DNA of 62,746 bases, the filler included, from Rhabdomonas costata (Eukaryota), in the NCBI GenBank assembly GCA_019059605.1. It is 39 parts of 39 records of this genome, joined end to end, with 100 filler letters (N's around TTAATTAATTAA, not from the genome) between each part and the next. Parts side by side here need not be neighbours in the genome. Positions count along the whole stretch, not along the records: positions 61,237 to 62,746 come from JAHMHO010014174.1; 38 more parts are not named here. One strand, written 5' to 3'. A program made the translations under genes and the position numbers. The notes under the pieces were generated by a model. That model saw only the letters and a program-made list of their open reading frames with translations. It searched no databases and had not been told where the DNA came from. Positions 62,156-62,746 of this stretch are shown one piece after another. Position 1 is the first letter of the stretch. Each line of letters starts with the position of its first letter.

Positions 62156-62574
62156 CTGAATCATCTGTGAGATAGCAGAGAGCTGGTCCTCCTTGAGGCG
62201 GTTGAACTCATCAAAGCATCCCCACGCGCCACACTTGCACAGCCCAATGAAGATGCGGCCCATGCTCTTGAAGTCAATGCCCTCGTCGCAGTTGAAGACC
62301 AGCACCTGCCGACCCATGGCGTTGCCCAGGGCCTTCACACTCTCCGTCTTCCCCGTACCTGCCGGACCATAGGGGTTGCCCCCGTAGCCCAGGTGCATTC
62401 CCTGCACAGAAAGTCAACGCACAGTGAAGATAAGGGCAAACATGGGGAAAGGCATATGCAAGGAAAAAACAGAGTAGCAGAGGGCAATGGTGGGAAAGGG
62501 AGAAAAGGAAACCTGAGTAAGAGTGAGGTAGCACTTGTCCGTCAGAGGGGTGTGGACCAACTTGGGGGCGTTCC
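62156..62574 (-). CDS. DYNC2H1: Cytoplasmic dynein-2 (IFT dynein) heavy chain, AAA1; exons 62574-62513 and 62401-62156
   Basis: [96 protein letters not shown] and CDEGID are dynein-2-type. Confidence 0.93.
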
Positions 62575-62746
62575 CTGAGCCAAGCACACACACAGATCAA
62601 GGCTGGTGCGGCGACAGCACGGGAAATGCTTGGAGAGGTTGACGAATTCGGGTTTCCACGAACGAAAATACGATAATCCGAGCAAAGGTCGCTGCAAAAC
62701 CATGAGATAATATATGGAATGCGAAGTAATCGCAGACAACAACACC

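Noticed and set aside
1..62746. Multi-gene cluster, for example ART plus ABC plus RT as a defence locus
   Set aside because: The genes lie on separate contigs ordered only by length; adjacency is artificial.

Overview
This is not contiguous DNA. It is 39 unrelated ~1.51 kb contigs joined by an artificial 100-nt spacer (44 N + TTAATTAATTAA + 44 N), so gene neighbourhood across spacers is meaningless and ORF-track entries containing X are artefacts. Most contigs start with a G/T-only tract and end with a C/A-only tract, the signature of GenomePlex-type whole-genome amplification. The source is an intron-rich, GC-rich, flagellated eukaryote; a euglenozoan, probably a euglenid, is my inference. 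Hand-splicing recovers fragments of RPL3, cytoplasmic dynein-2 heavy chain, methylmalonate-semialdehyde dehydrogenase, an ABCB transporter, a BIG/Sec7 ARF-GEF and a PX-domain protein. It also recovers a PKD1/REJ-GAIN-like receptor, IPT/TIG and Cys-rich surface proteins, IQ, CCCH and UBZ4 proteins, a FAR-like SDR and DUF3431. The remaining fragments are a bacterial-type DRE-TIM aldolase with introns, two ADP-ribosyltransferase (ART) genes and a decayed DIRS-like reverse transcriptase. The best leads are the two ARTs, the intron-bearing HGT candidate, frequent GC-AG introns, a 29-bp motif shared by two unrelated introns near their 3' ends, a hairpin that starts exactly at a splice donor, and a possible euglenid-type nonconventional intron. 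No complete multi-gene system can be demonstrated from 1.5 kb fragments.
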